This document shows positions 1 to 12,885 of a stretch of 64,000 nucleotides of DNA, in pieces. The notes under the pieces are model-generated. The model was not told the DNA's origin and made no database searches. It worked only from the letters and a program-made list of their open reading frames with translations. This DNA is from Tubulanus polymorphus (Eukaryota; Animalia; Nemertea): assembly GCF_964204645.1 (NCBI RefSeq), contig NC_134031.1, forward strand, positions 9,238,001 through 9,302,000. The letters run 5' to 3'. The translations under genes and the position numbers were made by a program. How positions within the stretch are numbered: the stretch's first letter is position 1; every line of letters begins with the position of its first letter.

Positions 1-1404
1 AACCCTATTGAGATTCGCGTGTTTCTTATTATTATTATTTTATGTCACACTATTTTCACTAAAAGAACTAAGGCTTTGTTACCTTGCCGCTGTTGTCGAT
101 ACAATCCGTATGATATCGTTCAGCTCACTGAGATCTACAAATACTCCGCGTGTTTTTTCACGAATCATCGTTACAAAAGCACTGTCGGGCCGTAAACATC
201 GAAAATTTAGCCCCATTCAATGGGGCGACATGTTTTTCGAGTCGTCATCCCGAAATCAACCCGCAGGCCAATTGTCACTTCGATTATCAATTCAAATATA
301 AATGAACTAATTTATTGCCGCAGACTTCACATTCAGCCGCGGTCTTCAAACAGTAATTTTAACAATAGCCCATTTTTCTCATCAAATCATATTACCGATA
401 CACTGGAAGTTTACTACTTTAGATATTAAAAGCACTTTCGAGCCGTAAACATCGAGGAATCGACGTGTGTCACTACATCGTCGTTCCGGGGATCAGCTGC
501 GAGTTTCTCCTCATCATGAGAATCAAATCGAGTACAAATTAATTTGGTTACTACCAGTGATTTGGCTGCGGGTTTCAAGAAGTTAGTTTAATAATACCTA
601 TTTTTCTCTACCAAATTAACCGTGTATTTACTAAGATAAATCTTTAGTGTACCGGGGAGTCGTAGGCCTAAACTAAACACGCCGAACAGATATAGCGGAG
701 AAAAGCTGTTATGTCGACGAGGTATCAAAATAAAAGAATATATTACGTTATTCGGCCGCGGGCTTCAACCTCTATATCAATACCATCAATTCTCTATATT
801 TCCTACAGTACATACCGATCATTGTCAAATGCACAAGGTATTTACTAAATACAAGTATATAAAACACTCCTATCCGTATGTTGGACTCACACTTGACATT
901 CGGAGTAAGCGTTCGCTGTGGAGGAAAGGAGATCGTTCGCTGTGTCGAGTTTTATGCGACCTTAAGGCTTTAGGCCTACCGGTACTGACATATACTGTCT
1001 CAAACAAACACAGTATAAATGTTGCGGTTATTAACGGACTCATTGGATTGGACTTCAAAACAAAATTTACGATATTTAGGAGGGTTGTTATTCAATAGGC
1101 CTACGACAAATCAGTCCGGATGTTAGGCCTACGCATATACATAGGCCTACATAGGCTAGTAGCCTCTACTAGGTTAAAGCTAAGTTCACTGTATAGGAGG
1201 AACCAGATTTATTAAAATGCATGTTAATTAGTGATTAACTGGTTCTGACTTGCAACGATCAATCACAATTATCTATTTTATTGTCAAAAATGAAGATTTT
1301 TTTTTGAAAATTTCGTCTGAGCAGACAGCTTTATAAGCCAGACTTTTCATTTGAGTTTTTTCATCATAAATGAAACTGGTGTTTCATTAATTCCTAATGA
1401 GTTA

Positions 1405-1710
1405 AGACGGGCGTAGGTCGGCTTTGCGACGGCTTGTGACTCACTGCGACGCCATTCACTGCGACCGCCAGCGACGATTGTGTCACAACGACTCATCGAC
1501 CTAAACTCCCTTGCGAAGGGTTGCGACTGTCAGCAACGCCAGTTTCAAGGAGTCGCACGTGTTCTACTTTCTGCGACGCGACACGACTGTCACAACCGAC
1601 CTACGCGCTCTTGTGACTGGCAGAAACTAGTTGCACACAATCGTATCGCAACCGACTTGCGATGCAACGCAAGGATCGCATCGCGTCACAAGGCCGATTT
1701 ACGTCCGGCT
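1405..1710. mobile_element. PIF/Harbinger-like MITE carried inside HINE-A
   Basis: Imperfect TIRs AG(A/C)CGGGCGTAGGTCGGCTTTGCGAC / GTCACAAGGCCGATTTACGTCCGGCT, flanked by TTA on both sides. A split copy lies at 29626-29798 plus 34965-35000. Confidence 0.6.
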
Positions 1711-4090
1711 TTAACCCTTTAAATGCCACTCGGTGAGCTAAAATCATATCCCAGAAGTCCAGCCGAATTAGAGTGTGCAAGCCTAACAGTTAGTGGTCGC
1801 AGTAAAAGCCATCTACAGCAAAAACCGTTAAAAATCATGCATTACAAGTTATGTTTATTTGATTTAGAATTGAATTTTCTTTCAAATGGGCCCAAGTAAC
1901 ATCATATTTGATGAAATTTTGATGACCATATATAGGTCAAATATCGGAGGAAATCTCGAAAAATATGATTTTTTTTACCTCCGTTGCAGTCTGGTTCATG
2001 TCCACAAGCCATGTCCCCAAAAATCATTTTGTGGGTGCAATACATGATTTCTAATATCAAATAAACCATACTTTGTCAAAAACTTAAAAGATTTTTATGT
2101 ATTTTATGTATCCAGAGTGGTTTCACCAAAGAGAAAAAGGGAAAAAATTCAGAAATAATATCATTTCGACAGAAAGTTTAATTTAATTTTCCAATAACTA
2201 CTCATCATTTCTATCACAATATAACATCAGAACATTCATATATTTAAACAAGTTACATCATAATTGAAGCATGTAAGTCATTGAAGCATGTTTTACACAG
2301 ATTTACCTGGCAGATGCCACACCCATAGGACGACACAATGCCACGACCACTTGGTGCCTTCCGTCCGACCCTACTACAATGAACGCAAACTCTTTTGCGT
2401 TCAGTAAATTTGACCAGCTGGTGGCCATGAATGTTGGCTGCGTCAAGGGTCTTTTCGGCCTTTCTTTTCAGTTGACGACGTCTAGTAGCAGGGGTTACAG
2501 CTCCGCCAATGAGCTGCTTTGCAAGGGTAAGTCGGAAGGTGAGGTAATCTAATCGTTTATCAACAACTATTGCTGTGTTAGCATCGTAACAGAGAAATGA
2601 ATTTACAATTGCCACCTGGAGGTAAAAATAAACAATGTAACGCCACCATTTCCTACCTTTTCTACCAAGGGCGTAATAACTCCGGTACTGGTCTGCAATA
2701 TCGACCCCACCCATGAACTTATTGTACATGACTATTGGTTCAGGCTTTTGAACCTGTTCATTTTCACCTTTTTTATTTTTTCTAGTTATAGGACACGACA
2801 CAGGGTTTGAATTTGTTGATAATGTGGTCACAACACGCTTATCATGCCATGAACTAGCAAGAAGGTGACCCTGTTTCGCCCTTCTTCGGCTTCTTGATAT
2901 CAGATGGGAATCCTTTTCGATCACACCTTACTGTACCACAGGCATATGTTTTATTCTTATACAAATCAATGATCAGTTTACTGCTAGTAAAAAAGTTATC
3001 AAAGTAAATATGTCTATATTTACCTAAGAGATCACTGGTGACACTCATTACAGATTTATAACCGAGACCAACCTCTACATCTCCAGTATCCAGTTTACCA
3101 GCGTAGACCTGCGCCTTATATATGTAACCCGTGAGAGAATTTGCGGCACACCATACTTTGACTCCCCTCTTTATTGGCTTCTTAGGCATATACTGAATCA
3201 AACTAGACCGTCCCTTATATTTTACCATTGCCTCGTCAACAGCGACATTCTGATCAGGAACAGTACACAATAAAAACTGGCGATTGAAATGATCGATAAC
3301 AGGTCGTGCTTTATACAGTTTATCAAAGTTCTGCTCACCTCTTTTTGGCTCATTTTCAGAATCAGAAAAGTGCATGTATTGCAAAATTGATTTATAACGA
3401 TTGCGTGATATACAGCGCTGAATATACGCATTTCCGATGGCATCATCTGTGGACCAATACATGTTGAGTTTCGGTAGTCTATTTATACCCATAATAATTT
3501 TGACGCCTAAAAATTTTTTCATTTCCTGTGGAGTCACATCAACAAACCCCTGATTATCCTTGAAGGATGCATATCTATTTGTTTCATCAGAAAACAACTG
3601 AAAAAATCCATCGGTTGCAAAGAGTTTGAAGTAATCGATCGGCTGTGCTGTTATTGGTAGGCCATGTGTGAAACCAGCATCCAGCATAAATTCTTCAAAT
3701 GGTGGATCGTGACTAACACAGTCACTTTTCCACCTTATATCAGTCAAAAATCTTGGAGTTTCATCATTGGGGTCTAAATCACTGTCATCTGAATCATTGG
3801 GGTTATGATCAGATTCAGAATCATTTGCGGAATCATAATTTATATCCGATTCAGCATCACTATCCTCCGGATTATCTTCAGCATCCTCAGCATCAGTACC
3901 CGATTGATTTCCGGGTTCAAAATCACCGTCTGATTCTCCGGAAAGTTCAGATAAATCACTCACTTCAGTATCACTGTCCATTCTAGTGATTGAAAAAACT
4001 AACAAAATTGTCTAAATTTACTTGAAGAATTGTTCAAAATCGCCAAAAGTACCTCACAACATCATCATTTTACTCGAAAAGTTGAATAGT
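1711..4090 (-). mobile_element. piggyBac transposon, one-ended (terminus upstream of the ORF deleted)
   Basis: TTAA at 1711-1714 followed by CCCT terminus; contains transposase; no matching AGGG-TTAA upstream of the ORF; empty site at 35001-35004. Confidence 0.85.
2253..4005 (-). pseudogene. piggyBac (PGBD-like) transposase with one frameshift near 2880
   Basis: ORFs 2854-4005 and 2253-2924: acidic N-terminus, DDD motifs VAVDEAM / YFDNFFTS / GGVDIADQ, YMPKKPIKRGVK, C-terminal cysteine-rich domain CVHC..CGICQVNLC..CF..LH. Confidence 0.93.
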
Positions 4091-4684
4091 AATATTTTCA
4101 TTCAAACATTCGTTCGAAAAAATTGTTTTCGCTCAACCAATTTTTTTTGCCGGGACAAAAAGTTTTTCATTTCAACAATTACATAGCTTTTCATTCGAAC
4201 ACATTTTTTTGTCAGAATGAAGAAAGTTTTGGTTCATAAAAGCGTACTGTTCAACCAAACTGAATTGTTTTCACTCGAACACGATTTTCTTGTCGGAACA
4301 TTATGTTTTTGGTCGAACAGTGTGTTAAGTTCGTTTGAGAAATTTACTCGGTCTGGTATATTTTGGATTACTGTGTATGTCATTTGTCAGGACATTAAAC
4401 AGAAGACGACCTAGGATACTACCTTGCGTGACTCCACTAGTTAGACTGACTTATTCCAAAATGAGGCGTTCCGTTGATTTCGGCCACAGGTTTTCGTTCA
4501 GAGATAACTGCTGAGCCATTTGGGCGACCTATCATTGATACTGTTTCCTAATAGCCTGTTTAGTTAGTAATGGCTGATGTTGTGCCTTATCAAATGCTAT
4601 GTCGAAATCCACCGTTGAACAGGATTCTAAGACTGTGCAGAAAACCCGTTATCGCTGCTTTGCAGCTATATTTTAAGTGTTACT

Positions 4685-5530
4685 TTTTAGTCCTTATGTG
4701 ATCGGTTTGCCGGTTGATGACGCACTTCCGATTTGGTTGACATACGTTTAAGGTCGTTTTAAAGCCAGTTAGTTAGAGATTTCCTCAAATTCCGCATCAG
4801 AAATGGTGTCTTCAAGTTGGGATTGAATTTGGTTAAAAATAGTTGGTTAGTTTTTGCTGTGCCCTCTTGAAAAAATGCTCTTCACGCCGTTTATGTGACA
4901 TCACACATCACGTGTTGCTTATGACGTAGAGGGTATAGTGATCGACGGAAGTGCCATTTTTAAAAGCGTTGTATCGTGGATGTTAACTTTAGAGGACCGT
5001 ACGAAGTCTCTTTAAAGGTGAGTGTCAACATATATGGTAACTTAACTTAATTCTTTGTGAGTGCACGGAGGCCCTGTGAGAATCTAAAGACGTTCGCAGC
5101 ATTGAAAATTACGCAATGGTCCGCTCGACACGCACACACACGCTGTCAGTTTGACCTACGTGACTAAATACAGCCGCCATGAATCAGAAGCAATCCACTT
5201 CAAATTTTATGAAGTGAATATCATGATTATTATTTATCCGATATACGCCAAAAAACCTTTAAGAGAAAGGTATTTGGCGTCGGATTCTGTACCGAAAAAT
5301 CCCGGATTGTTACACTGCATAGTTTTTTTAGTAGGGTTCTTTTAACATTTTGCCTATAAGCCATTTGATTGACACGTGGGGCGGGGCTTGCGATCTGCCG
5401 ATGACGTCAGATGTAAACAATAATATAACCACGTGCATCGCGCACATGTGTAAACAAACGTGGCAACAAATTAGATTTTTTGGCGCCAAAACTTTTTTGA
5501 TTTTTTCTTTTGTCCAATATTTTTTCATTT
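4685..5530 (+). repeat. Interspersed repeat family D (also at ~16415-16680 and ~48990-49860)
   Basis: 4715-4930 matches 49013-49250 (gttgatgacgc..acttcc.atttggttgaca.acgtttaaggtcg). 5195-5470 matches 16418-16665 (ccacttcaaa..gatgacgtcagatgtaaacaataa). Confidence 0.65.
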
Positions 5531-5816
5531 GGAGCCAACTGCTATGCCATTAGATTGTACAATCAAGTATTCACGTTTTGTAGACGCTCTCTGAAATAAT
5601 TCTTCTTCCAGGGGACATGTAGGCCTATTGAAATATCTATTGTCGTTGTTTTTTTTTTATTTTTAGGATATAAACAGCCTAGTAGAAACATCATCTGGCA
5701 CACGCACATTTGACTACAGATCATATCCTGTATAAAATGTGTAAATATTTCACTCAAGTTTTCTTGCCATTAATACTTCCTGACTACTTTTATTTTATGG
5801 TTATCTAAGAGCAAGG

Positions 5817-5966
5817 CTGTGAGACACTATCAATTTGTGAAACGTCTTTAGTAATAAGAGTTGCTGTCTCAACGCCTGTAAAGTTTTTCCTATACGCTCC
5901 CGCTTTGTCAACTACCTTTTCTTTTATATTACTAAAGACGTTTCACAAATTGATAGTGTCTCACAG
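5817..5966. repeat. Perfect 40-bp inverted repeat with 70-bp spacer (MITE-like hairpin)
   Basis: 5817-5856 CTGTGAGACACTATCAATTTGTGAAACGTCTTTAGTAATA is the exact reverse complement of 5927-5966. Confidence 0.85.
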
Positions 5967-6395
5967 TGGGCTGGAATAATAGGATATATAACTGTCATAT
6001 CACTAAAAAAGTGTCATACAAAATAAAAGTTTTGACTTTAGATTGAAAAACGAAGTGTGTTAAGTATTTTGTGAGGTGTGTGGAGCCAGCGGCCATTATC
6101 TTTTCAAACAGTTAAACGTATCAGTACCATGACCTTTTTTCTCGGATTCATTGCAGATTAACGAGTGAAAACACAAATACGCTATCAATAACTCCAGCAA
6201 CTGTATCCCAAGCCCATCGGCAAGTGCCTGTGCTTTGTATGATGAAACTAGGGTAAAAGTGCAGATCCACACCTCTCGTGACTGATGCAATCTACTGAAT
6301 TACAAATCACTGTTCTTACTTCAGAATGTCTCGCAGAATCCAATGCAGTGATTTATTCTATGATATCTCTACTAGAAAGCAGATTTTTGGCCTGG

Positions 6396-7655
6396 TTTTT
6401 AGCCCACTTGGGACTTGCGGGGCTATTGCGTTCACTTTTTGTCCGTCGTCCGTCGGTGGACGGAATCCAGTTATTTTGGGAAGTTTTGTAGACGCTTCAA
6501 GGTAATGTCTTGATATTTGGGTTACACATGTATCTACCCTAGACACATCTTCAGCCCAAAAACTGGCCCTGTCAGATTCAAGATGGCCGACTGGCAGCCA
6601 TTGTTGTTCGCCAAAATCAGCACTTTTTACACATTTTTGAACTTTTTGAGGGAAATTTTGAAGACGCTTTGATCAATTACCTTTATCTTTCAGATATATG
6701 TGAATTCCCCCAGGGCCCATCAGCATAACAAAAATTGGGTCGATCGGACTCAAGATGGCCGTCCTATGACCATTTTAGTGCCCAAAAATGTTAATTTTGG
6801 TCCAAATTCTGAGTCCTGTAGCTTCCTACTGGTTTATCATTTCTCATTGCAATTTGTGATGGGTATTCTTTGGAAAATGATGTTTTATAGGCCTATTTGA
6901 GACAGGTATTTTTGATCAGCCAATTATGACGCAATTGGCGGCCATTTTGGTGTCATCAGTACTCGTTCGTAGGTGGGAAAAAGTTTTTCCACATTATATT
7001 GATACCTAAGCGTATTTTGTTACCACAATCTATTAAAAACTTGTAGCTCATAACGTGTTCTATGATTATGGTGAGTTTCAAGGTCATTGGTTTTTGTATA
7101 TGGCCACCAGGGGGCGTTGAATAATACAATATCTTAGTATTTCTATATTATATTCGTTTCAATGCATATTTTGTAACCACAATCAATTGCAAAGTTGTTG
7201 CTCATGACATCATCTATGATTGTGGCAAGTTTTAAGGTCATTGGTCATTCTATATGATCACCAGGGGGCATTGAATAGTAGAATAACTTAGTATTTCCTT
7301 ATATTGGTACCTAGGCATATTTTGTTTCCATGATCAATTACAAAGTTATAGTTCGTGACAGGTTCTATGATTGTGGTGAGTTTCAAGGTCATTGGGTTTT
7401 GAATATGGTCACCAGGGGGCATTGAATAGTAGAATAACTTAGTATTTCCATATTAAATTGGTAACGAGGCATATTTTGTTATCACAATCAATTGCAAAAT
7501 CGTAGCTGCTGACATGTTCTATGATTGTGGTGAATTTCTAGGTTATTGGTTTTTGTATGTGGTCACCAGGGGGCTTTGAATATTGAAATTGTTAGATTGT
7601 TGAGCATTTGGAACCACTTCCCAAGTGGGCATGGTGTCCCTGGACCCCTAGTCTT
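6396..7655 (+). mobile_element. HINE-like element, family S (carries ~154-bp tandem array), copy 1
   Basis: 5' TTTTT-AGCCCACTTGGG, GTCC-type microsatellite, ~4 tandem units of ~151-154 bp (6990-7600), 3' subTIR CCCAAGTGGGC (7620-7630) plus hairpin GTCCcTGGAC and TAGT. Confidence 0.75.
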
Positions 7656-7919
7656 CCTCAAATTGAGTGGGTCATGAAACACCATTTCAGCAAATATTCT
7701 AAACAAATCTTCAAAAAATTTTCAACAAATCTTCAAAATCGTGATGATCTTGAGACAAAATGCAAGCTAAAAATCTACTTTCTAGTGAAGATACTATAAA
7801 ATAAACCAGTGTACTGAATTGCTGATGACATTTTGAGTCTGAATCAGTGATATTTAATGTAATTGATTGAACACTTTACGAGAGGTGCGGATCTGCACTT
7901 TTACTTGAAACTAGGCTAG

Positions 7920-8082
7920 TACAGGATCATTTATTACGTACGCATTAAATTTGAATATTTGAATCCCCCTCCCCCTGTACGCAAAATCGGCCATTTTTTC
8001 ATATACATTAAGCATTACAGTACGCAATTGCACGTACCCCTCCCCATCCCCTAATGCGTACGTAGTAAATAAATGACCGCTA
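7920..8082. mobile_element. Short MITE (relative of 21980-22138)
   Basis: Terminal IRs tcatttattacgtacgcatt / aatgcgtacgtagtaaat; interior nearly identical to 22039-22090. Confidence 0.6.
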
Positions 8083-9075
8083 CCTAGCCGTCGTTCCACT
8101 TGTCTAGTACCTAGACATCCCACACTAGGGCGAAAGTGCTCATATAAGGTTAATTTTCATCCCTCATTTTGAGGGACGAGGCTTTGAGCGTCTTTTTCAC
8201 CCCTTAACCCTTTCAATACCACATAGTGTCTCCGCTGCTGTACCGGAGGGAATTTAGGGGTTTATAGGGGTATGTTTGAGGCTTCATAGAATAGTAACCA
8301 AGGTATCTGACACAGAAAAATTATATAGCATGTTGTTGATAACTTTTGGGCCAACAAAGTAGACACAAATAATTTGGATATAAGTGAACTTGAGGTCAAA
8401 GGAAAAAATTCACGAAAAAGTTTCAGATAAACTGCTCTGTCTCCCAGCAAAATGCACTGATCTATTCAATTCCAACTGAAATTGTATGCCATATATCCTT
8501 ACTTTATGCAGTAAAAATTTCAAAGCAATCAAACTACAAAAAAATTTATTTTTCCACTCATTTACCAACTTTTCCACCGATATATGTCGGAAGGCCGGAT
8601 GTAAGGGGTTTCATTGGGCTATAATTTCAGGCCTCAGAAAATTGTAACCTATGTATTTGACACTGATACATTGTATACCATGGTGTTGATAACCTTTGGG
8701 CTTACAAATAAGACAAATTATTTGGATATATGCGACCTTGAGGATAGACAGTTTCTGGCTCTTCATTATTGTTATTGGTGTCTGTTGCCATGACAACCGT
8801 ATCAACGGGATCTAAAAGAATTGTCACTGATTTCATTTTCATCATCAAAATCATTGCACTATAAACCTATTTTCTGACTAAGTCTCATCATCTGAACTGC
8901 TGCTGTCATATTCGTTGTCACTCTCAATTTGTTCACTACCAAATTCCAACTCACCAGCATCACTGTCAGCATCATATACGAGCTGCTGAACCGCTTCATC
9001 CAGCCAAATTGTTTTTTCCTGGCTGTTGCCATCTTGGATTTTATGCAGATGGCAGCACCGGCTGATGCTGATAGA

Positions 9076-10324
9076 ACTAAAGTACTAGTATTTGCGCGAA
9101 GTAAATCCCGGATAAAAACGATTTCGAAATTTATGTTTGGTGATCAAGAGTTAGAGGTAGTTGAAGATTATGTTTATCTCGGAGTAAAATTCAATTGGAA
9201 TGGTAACTTTGCTAAGGCAAAAAAGTATCTTTACGATAAAGCTATCAGAGCTATGTTTTCGATCGTTCAAAAAGGCAGACGTTTGAAATTGCCCATAGAT
9301 GTTATGTTTAAATTATTTGATACGTGTGTTGCTCCAATAGCCATGTATGGGTGTGAGATCTGGGGATATGAAAATCTTGATTTATTAGAAAATATTCATT
9401 GCTTCTTCTGTAAAATCTTAATGAAAGTGACGAAATATTCTCGCAACTTACAAGTTTTATCAGAGCTAGGACGTTACCCTTTGAATATAGATGTTAGACG
9501 CAGGATGATTAACTTTTGGGTGAAAACAGTATCTGGAAAGCAAACCAAACTTAATTCAATACTCTATAAAATATCTCTCAATTTATTTTTAAGGGATAAA
9601 TTTAAGAGCCCTTGGTTATCATATATAAAGAAAACGTTTGATGACTGTGGTTTGTCCTGCATTTGGACGCAGCAATTCATGACTAACAGTAAATCTTTTT
9701 CAAAACGAATAAAACAGATACTTCGTGACCAGCACCTTCAAGAAACTGTATCTGCCATAAATACTAATCCGATATACACTAACTTTAGGCAATATAAAAA
9801 TGATATTAGGTTAGAGAAGTATATTATAGAACTTGGTGATGACTTAGGAACTAGTTTATTTGAATTTAGGGTCTGGTCCTATATTTTACCTGTGAACAAA
9901 TTTTCAAACCTTCATTTAGACAGAGCCGATAGAATATGCCCCACTTGTAATACTCTAGGTGACGAATCCCATTTTCTGTTTGACTGTACCTTACTTAACG
10001 AACAACGCAAAAACTTTTTGAATTTGAATACCTTTAATACCCTTGATATTCTGAAAAACCCAACGGTCAACTTAGCTAAATTCATTAAGACCGGCTTAGA
10101 TGTATATAGATCCCTCCAATAGTATATATAGTATTGTAAATAGTTGATGTATATAATAGTATATATAGTATTGTAAATAGTTGATGTATATATATATTTC
10201 GTTACGTTTTCATTCTCTAAATTTTAATCACTTTAGTGTTGTTTTGTAAATATTTGTATATACATGTGTAATAGTTTTCCTCCATATACCATGGAAATGG
10301 TTGGAGTGTAAATAAATCGTAATC
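9076..10324 (+). mobile_element. 5'-truncated RTE-X-like LINE (A), uninterrupted ORF2 C-terminus
   Basis: ORF 8929-10122 from ~aa 49: YVYLGV, YGCEIWG, ELGRYPL, C-terminal RICPTC..GDESHFLFDC zinc finger; 3' AATAAA; TSD GATAGA (9070-9075 / 10325-10330). Confidence 0.85.
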
Positions 10325-10334
10325 GATAGATATG

Positions 10335-12885
10335 GTTTTTGCCGAATAGGCAAAGTCCTCTTTTGGCAAGGCGTTTACGTCATCTCATGCTTGTAAGAGT
10401 CGGGCTAATGTAAATTCTCAACCGTGGTTCGATAATGATTGCTCGAAAGCTAGGAAATTATTTAATCGTGTTAGAAAATTTTACTCAAGTAATAATTCTG
10501 TTGAAAAATTTGATGTGATGAAACTTGCTGGTAAGAAATACAAACATGCAATATCAAAAAAGAAATAACAATATGACATAAATGTGAACTTGAGAATCTT
10601 TGAGTGGGGGACTAAACGATTCTGGAGAAGGATGTTTCCTAAAAAATCTAATAAACAAAGCCCTGTTGATATAAATCTAATGAAAGATCACTTTGAGCGG
10701 TTAAGTGCTATACCAGAAGATCATAAAAATTCACCTTTTGGTTTTATGATAAACTTTGAGAACAATAGCGGTCTAAATGATCCGATAGCCAAAGATTAAA
10801 ATTATAAAGCAGTTACATCTCTCAAAAATGATAAAGCCTCAGGATTTGATGATATTATTAATGAGTACATCAAAGCATCTGTTGATACTATGATCGATAC
10901 TTATTTTACTCTTTTTAACTTAGTATTAAATTAAGGGACTGTTCCCTCTTCATGGACCTCAGGATATATTGTTCCTTTGTATAAAGGGAAAGGTGCTAAT
11001 AATGATCCCAATAATTATCGCAGGATCACTATTCTAAGCTGTCTCGGAAAGTTGTTTACATTAATTTTAGATAATCGTTTACATGCCTTTGTCAAACAAC
11101 CTGTTGGGGGTAGAACAAGCTGCGTTCCATAAAGGTTTCTCAACTATTGATCATATATACTCGTTGAAATGTCTAATTGATATTTATCTGTCCAAGGGTC
11201 AGAAAATATACGCTTGTTTTATTGATTATTCCAAGACATTCCATAACGTTTGGCGGATCAGTTCATGGAAGAAATTGTTGGATGAAGGGGTTGATGGAAA
11301 AATCATAAGAGTAATTAAGAATTTGTATGACAATGCTCAGTCATGTGTCAGAACCAGTGAAGGTTATTCAAATTTTTTTGCTTGTGGCGCCGGAGTAGGA
11401 CAAGGTGAAAATCTCTCTCCTTTTCTATTTGCCATGTATCTTCATGATCTTGAACATTTTCTTGTTGACAGAGGATTTAAAGGGATGCAGAACCTAGATC
11501 TGTTTTCCACTTCAGAATTCACGCGCCAATTAGGATATAAGATAACATTGTTTTTGTTGTTATATGCTGATGACACTGTTTTACTAGCTGATTCTGAGGA
11601 GCAGCTCCAGATTGGGCTTGACGCTATGTCAGAATATTGTATGAAGTATAGACTACACATTAATTTAGGCAAGTCAAAAGTAATGATATTTAGTCATGGC
11701 AAAAGCAAAAAACGTCCTGATCAAATTTTCTTTCTAGCAGGTGAACCTGTAGAAATTACCTCTGAATATTGTTATTTGGGAGTCGTATTTACATCTGATG
11801 GAAAGTTCATGAGGAATATTAATTTAGTGGTCGGTAAAGCCAGGAAGGCCATGTTTAATCTCTTGAGACATGTGCGTCTTCTTAATCTCTCGGTTAAAAC
11901 GCATATATATCTTTTCAATACTTTGGTTGTACCTAGTCTAACATATGGTAGGCCTAGTGAAGTATGGGGATGCGAACATGATATTGACCAGATGTTAAAT
12001 TGAAATCTATTTTTAGTTGTGTTATTTTTAATAGGATTTGCTCTTACTGGTGTAAATTAAAGAATGATCCTCATAAAAATAAATGGAATGTTATTTTGTT
12101 TAGAATCATCTCTGAAATGTCGGACAAGGGTTATGTAAATTCATGTTGGTATGTTAAATTGAAATCTATTCTAAGACACTGCAAGTTGTTGGGCCATCTT
12201 GGTTGTTTTAGTATTTCAGAAACATTTGTTAAATTAAGAGTGAAATGATATTATAGTCAATACTGTACTTATTATTTTAATGATCAAATTCAAAATGACC
12301 CTAGGTGTTGTTTCTATTCAAACCCAGTTTTATGTTACAAAAGTACTTTCATTTACCTCTTGATCTCGAAATTAACTTGTGTAAAATAAGAACCTCCAAT
12401 CTTAATACTACTGCAACTAGAAACCTTTTTTTTAAACTTCCTTTGAACACCAGTGATGACAAGTGCCCTCTGTGTAAAGGAATGGTCATTTCTAATGAGT
12501 CGCACTATATCATTCATTGTCCGTCCCTTGTACTTGAAAGACAATTTTTTGCTGAAATCCCGAATGATTGTAATTTTGAAAATATCCTGATTGATCTTTT
12601 TGCTCAATCACCTAAAGATCTTGCAGTTTTTTGCAAGAAACTTATAAAAAAATTGAATTTGTCTACTGAATGACTGCTCTCATTTGTATTTTTCTAAAGT
12701 GTTACATTTGAATGTATATCTCTATGCATCGATAGTTCTAATTAGTTACTATGTTATTTTATGTTTGTTCATTTAAACAAGTTTATCGTGTCATTGAATT
12801 TGTATTTTTTTATACTGTGTTATACATCTGTAAATTTTGTGTTGTCCCTCTAATACGTGTAATGGGTTTGAGTGTAAATAAAATA
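10335..12885 (+). mobile_element. 5'-truncated, decayed RTE-X-like LINE (B)
   Basis: RT ORF 11083-12003 (QGENLSPFLF, LLYADD), zinc finger CPLC..ESHYIIHCP, 3' GAGTGTAAATAAAATA; TSD AGATATG (10328-10334 / 12886-12892). Confidence 0.85.

Larger units (their letters stand above)
1..4672 (+). mobile_element. Non-autonomous Helentron-type (HINE-like) element, family A, copy 1 (5' end cut by window edge)
   Basis: 1-1590 is near-identical to 28227-29798, and 4095-4670 matches parts of 35335-36400. The 3' end has subterminal IR CAGAAAACCC (4638-4647), hairpin GCTGCtttGCAGC (4654-4666), then TATATTTT. Confidence 0.7.

Noticed and set aside
8-1098. Duplicated short ORFs (8-301, 829-1098; copies at 28117 and 29056)
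   Set aside because: No recognisable motifs and frames differ between copies; conservation reflects recent repeat duplication.
6990-7600. Regularly spaced repeats resembling a CRISPR array (also 36965-37075)
   Set aside because: Whole units are repeated with no unique spacers, no cas genes, and the context is eukaryotic.
8929-10122. 397-aa ORF looking like an intact novel gene
   Set aside because: Chimera: the first ~48 codons are the antisense strand of the piggyBac MITE (same text in ORF 30913) read in frame into a 5'-truncated LINE ORF2.
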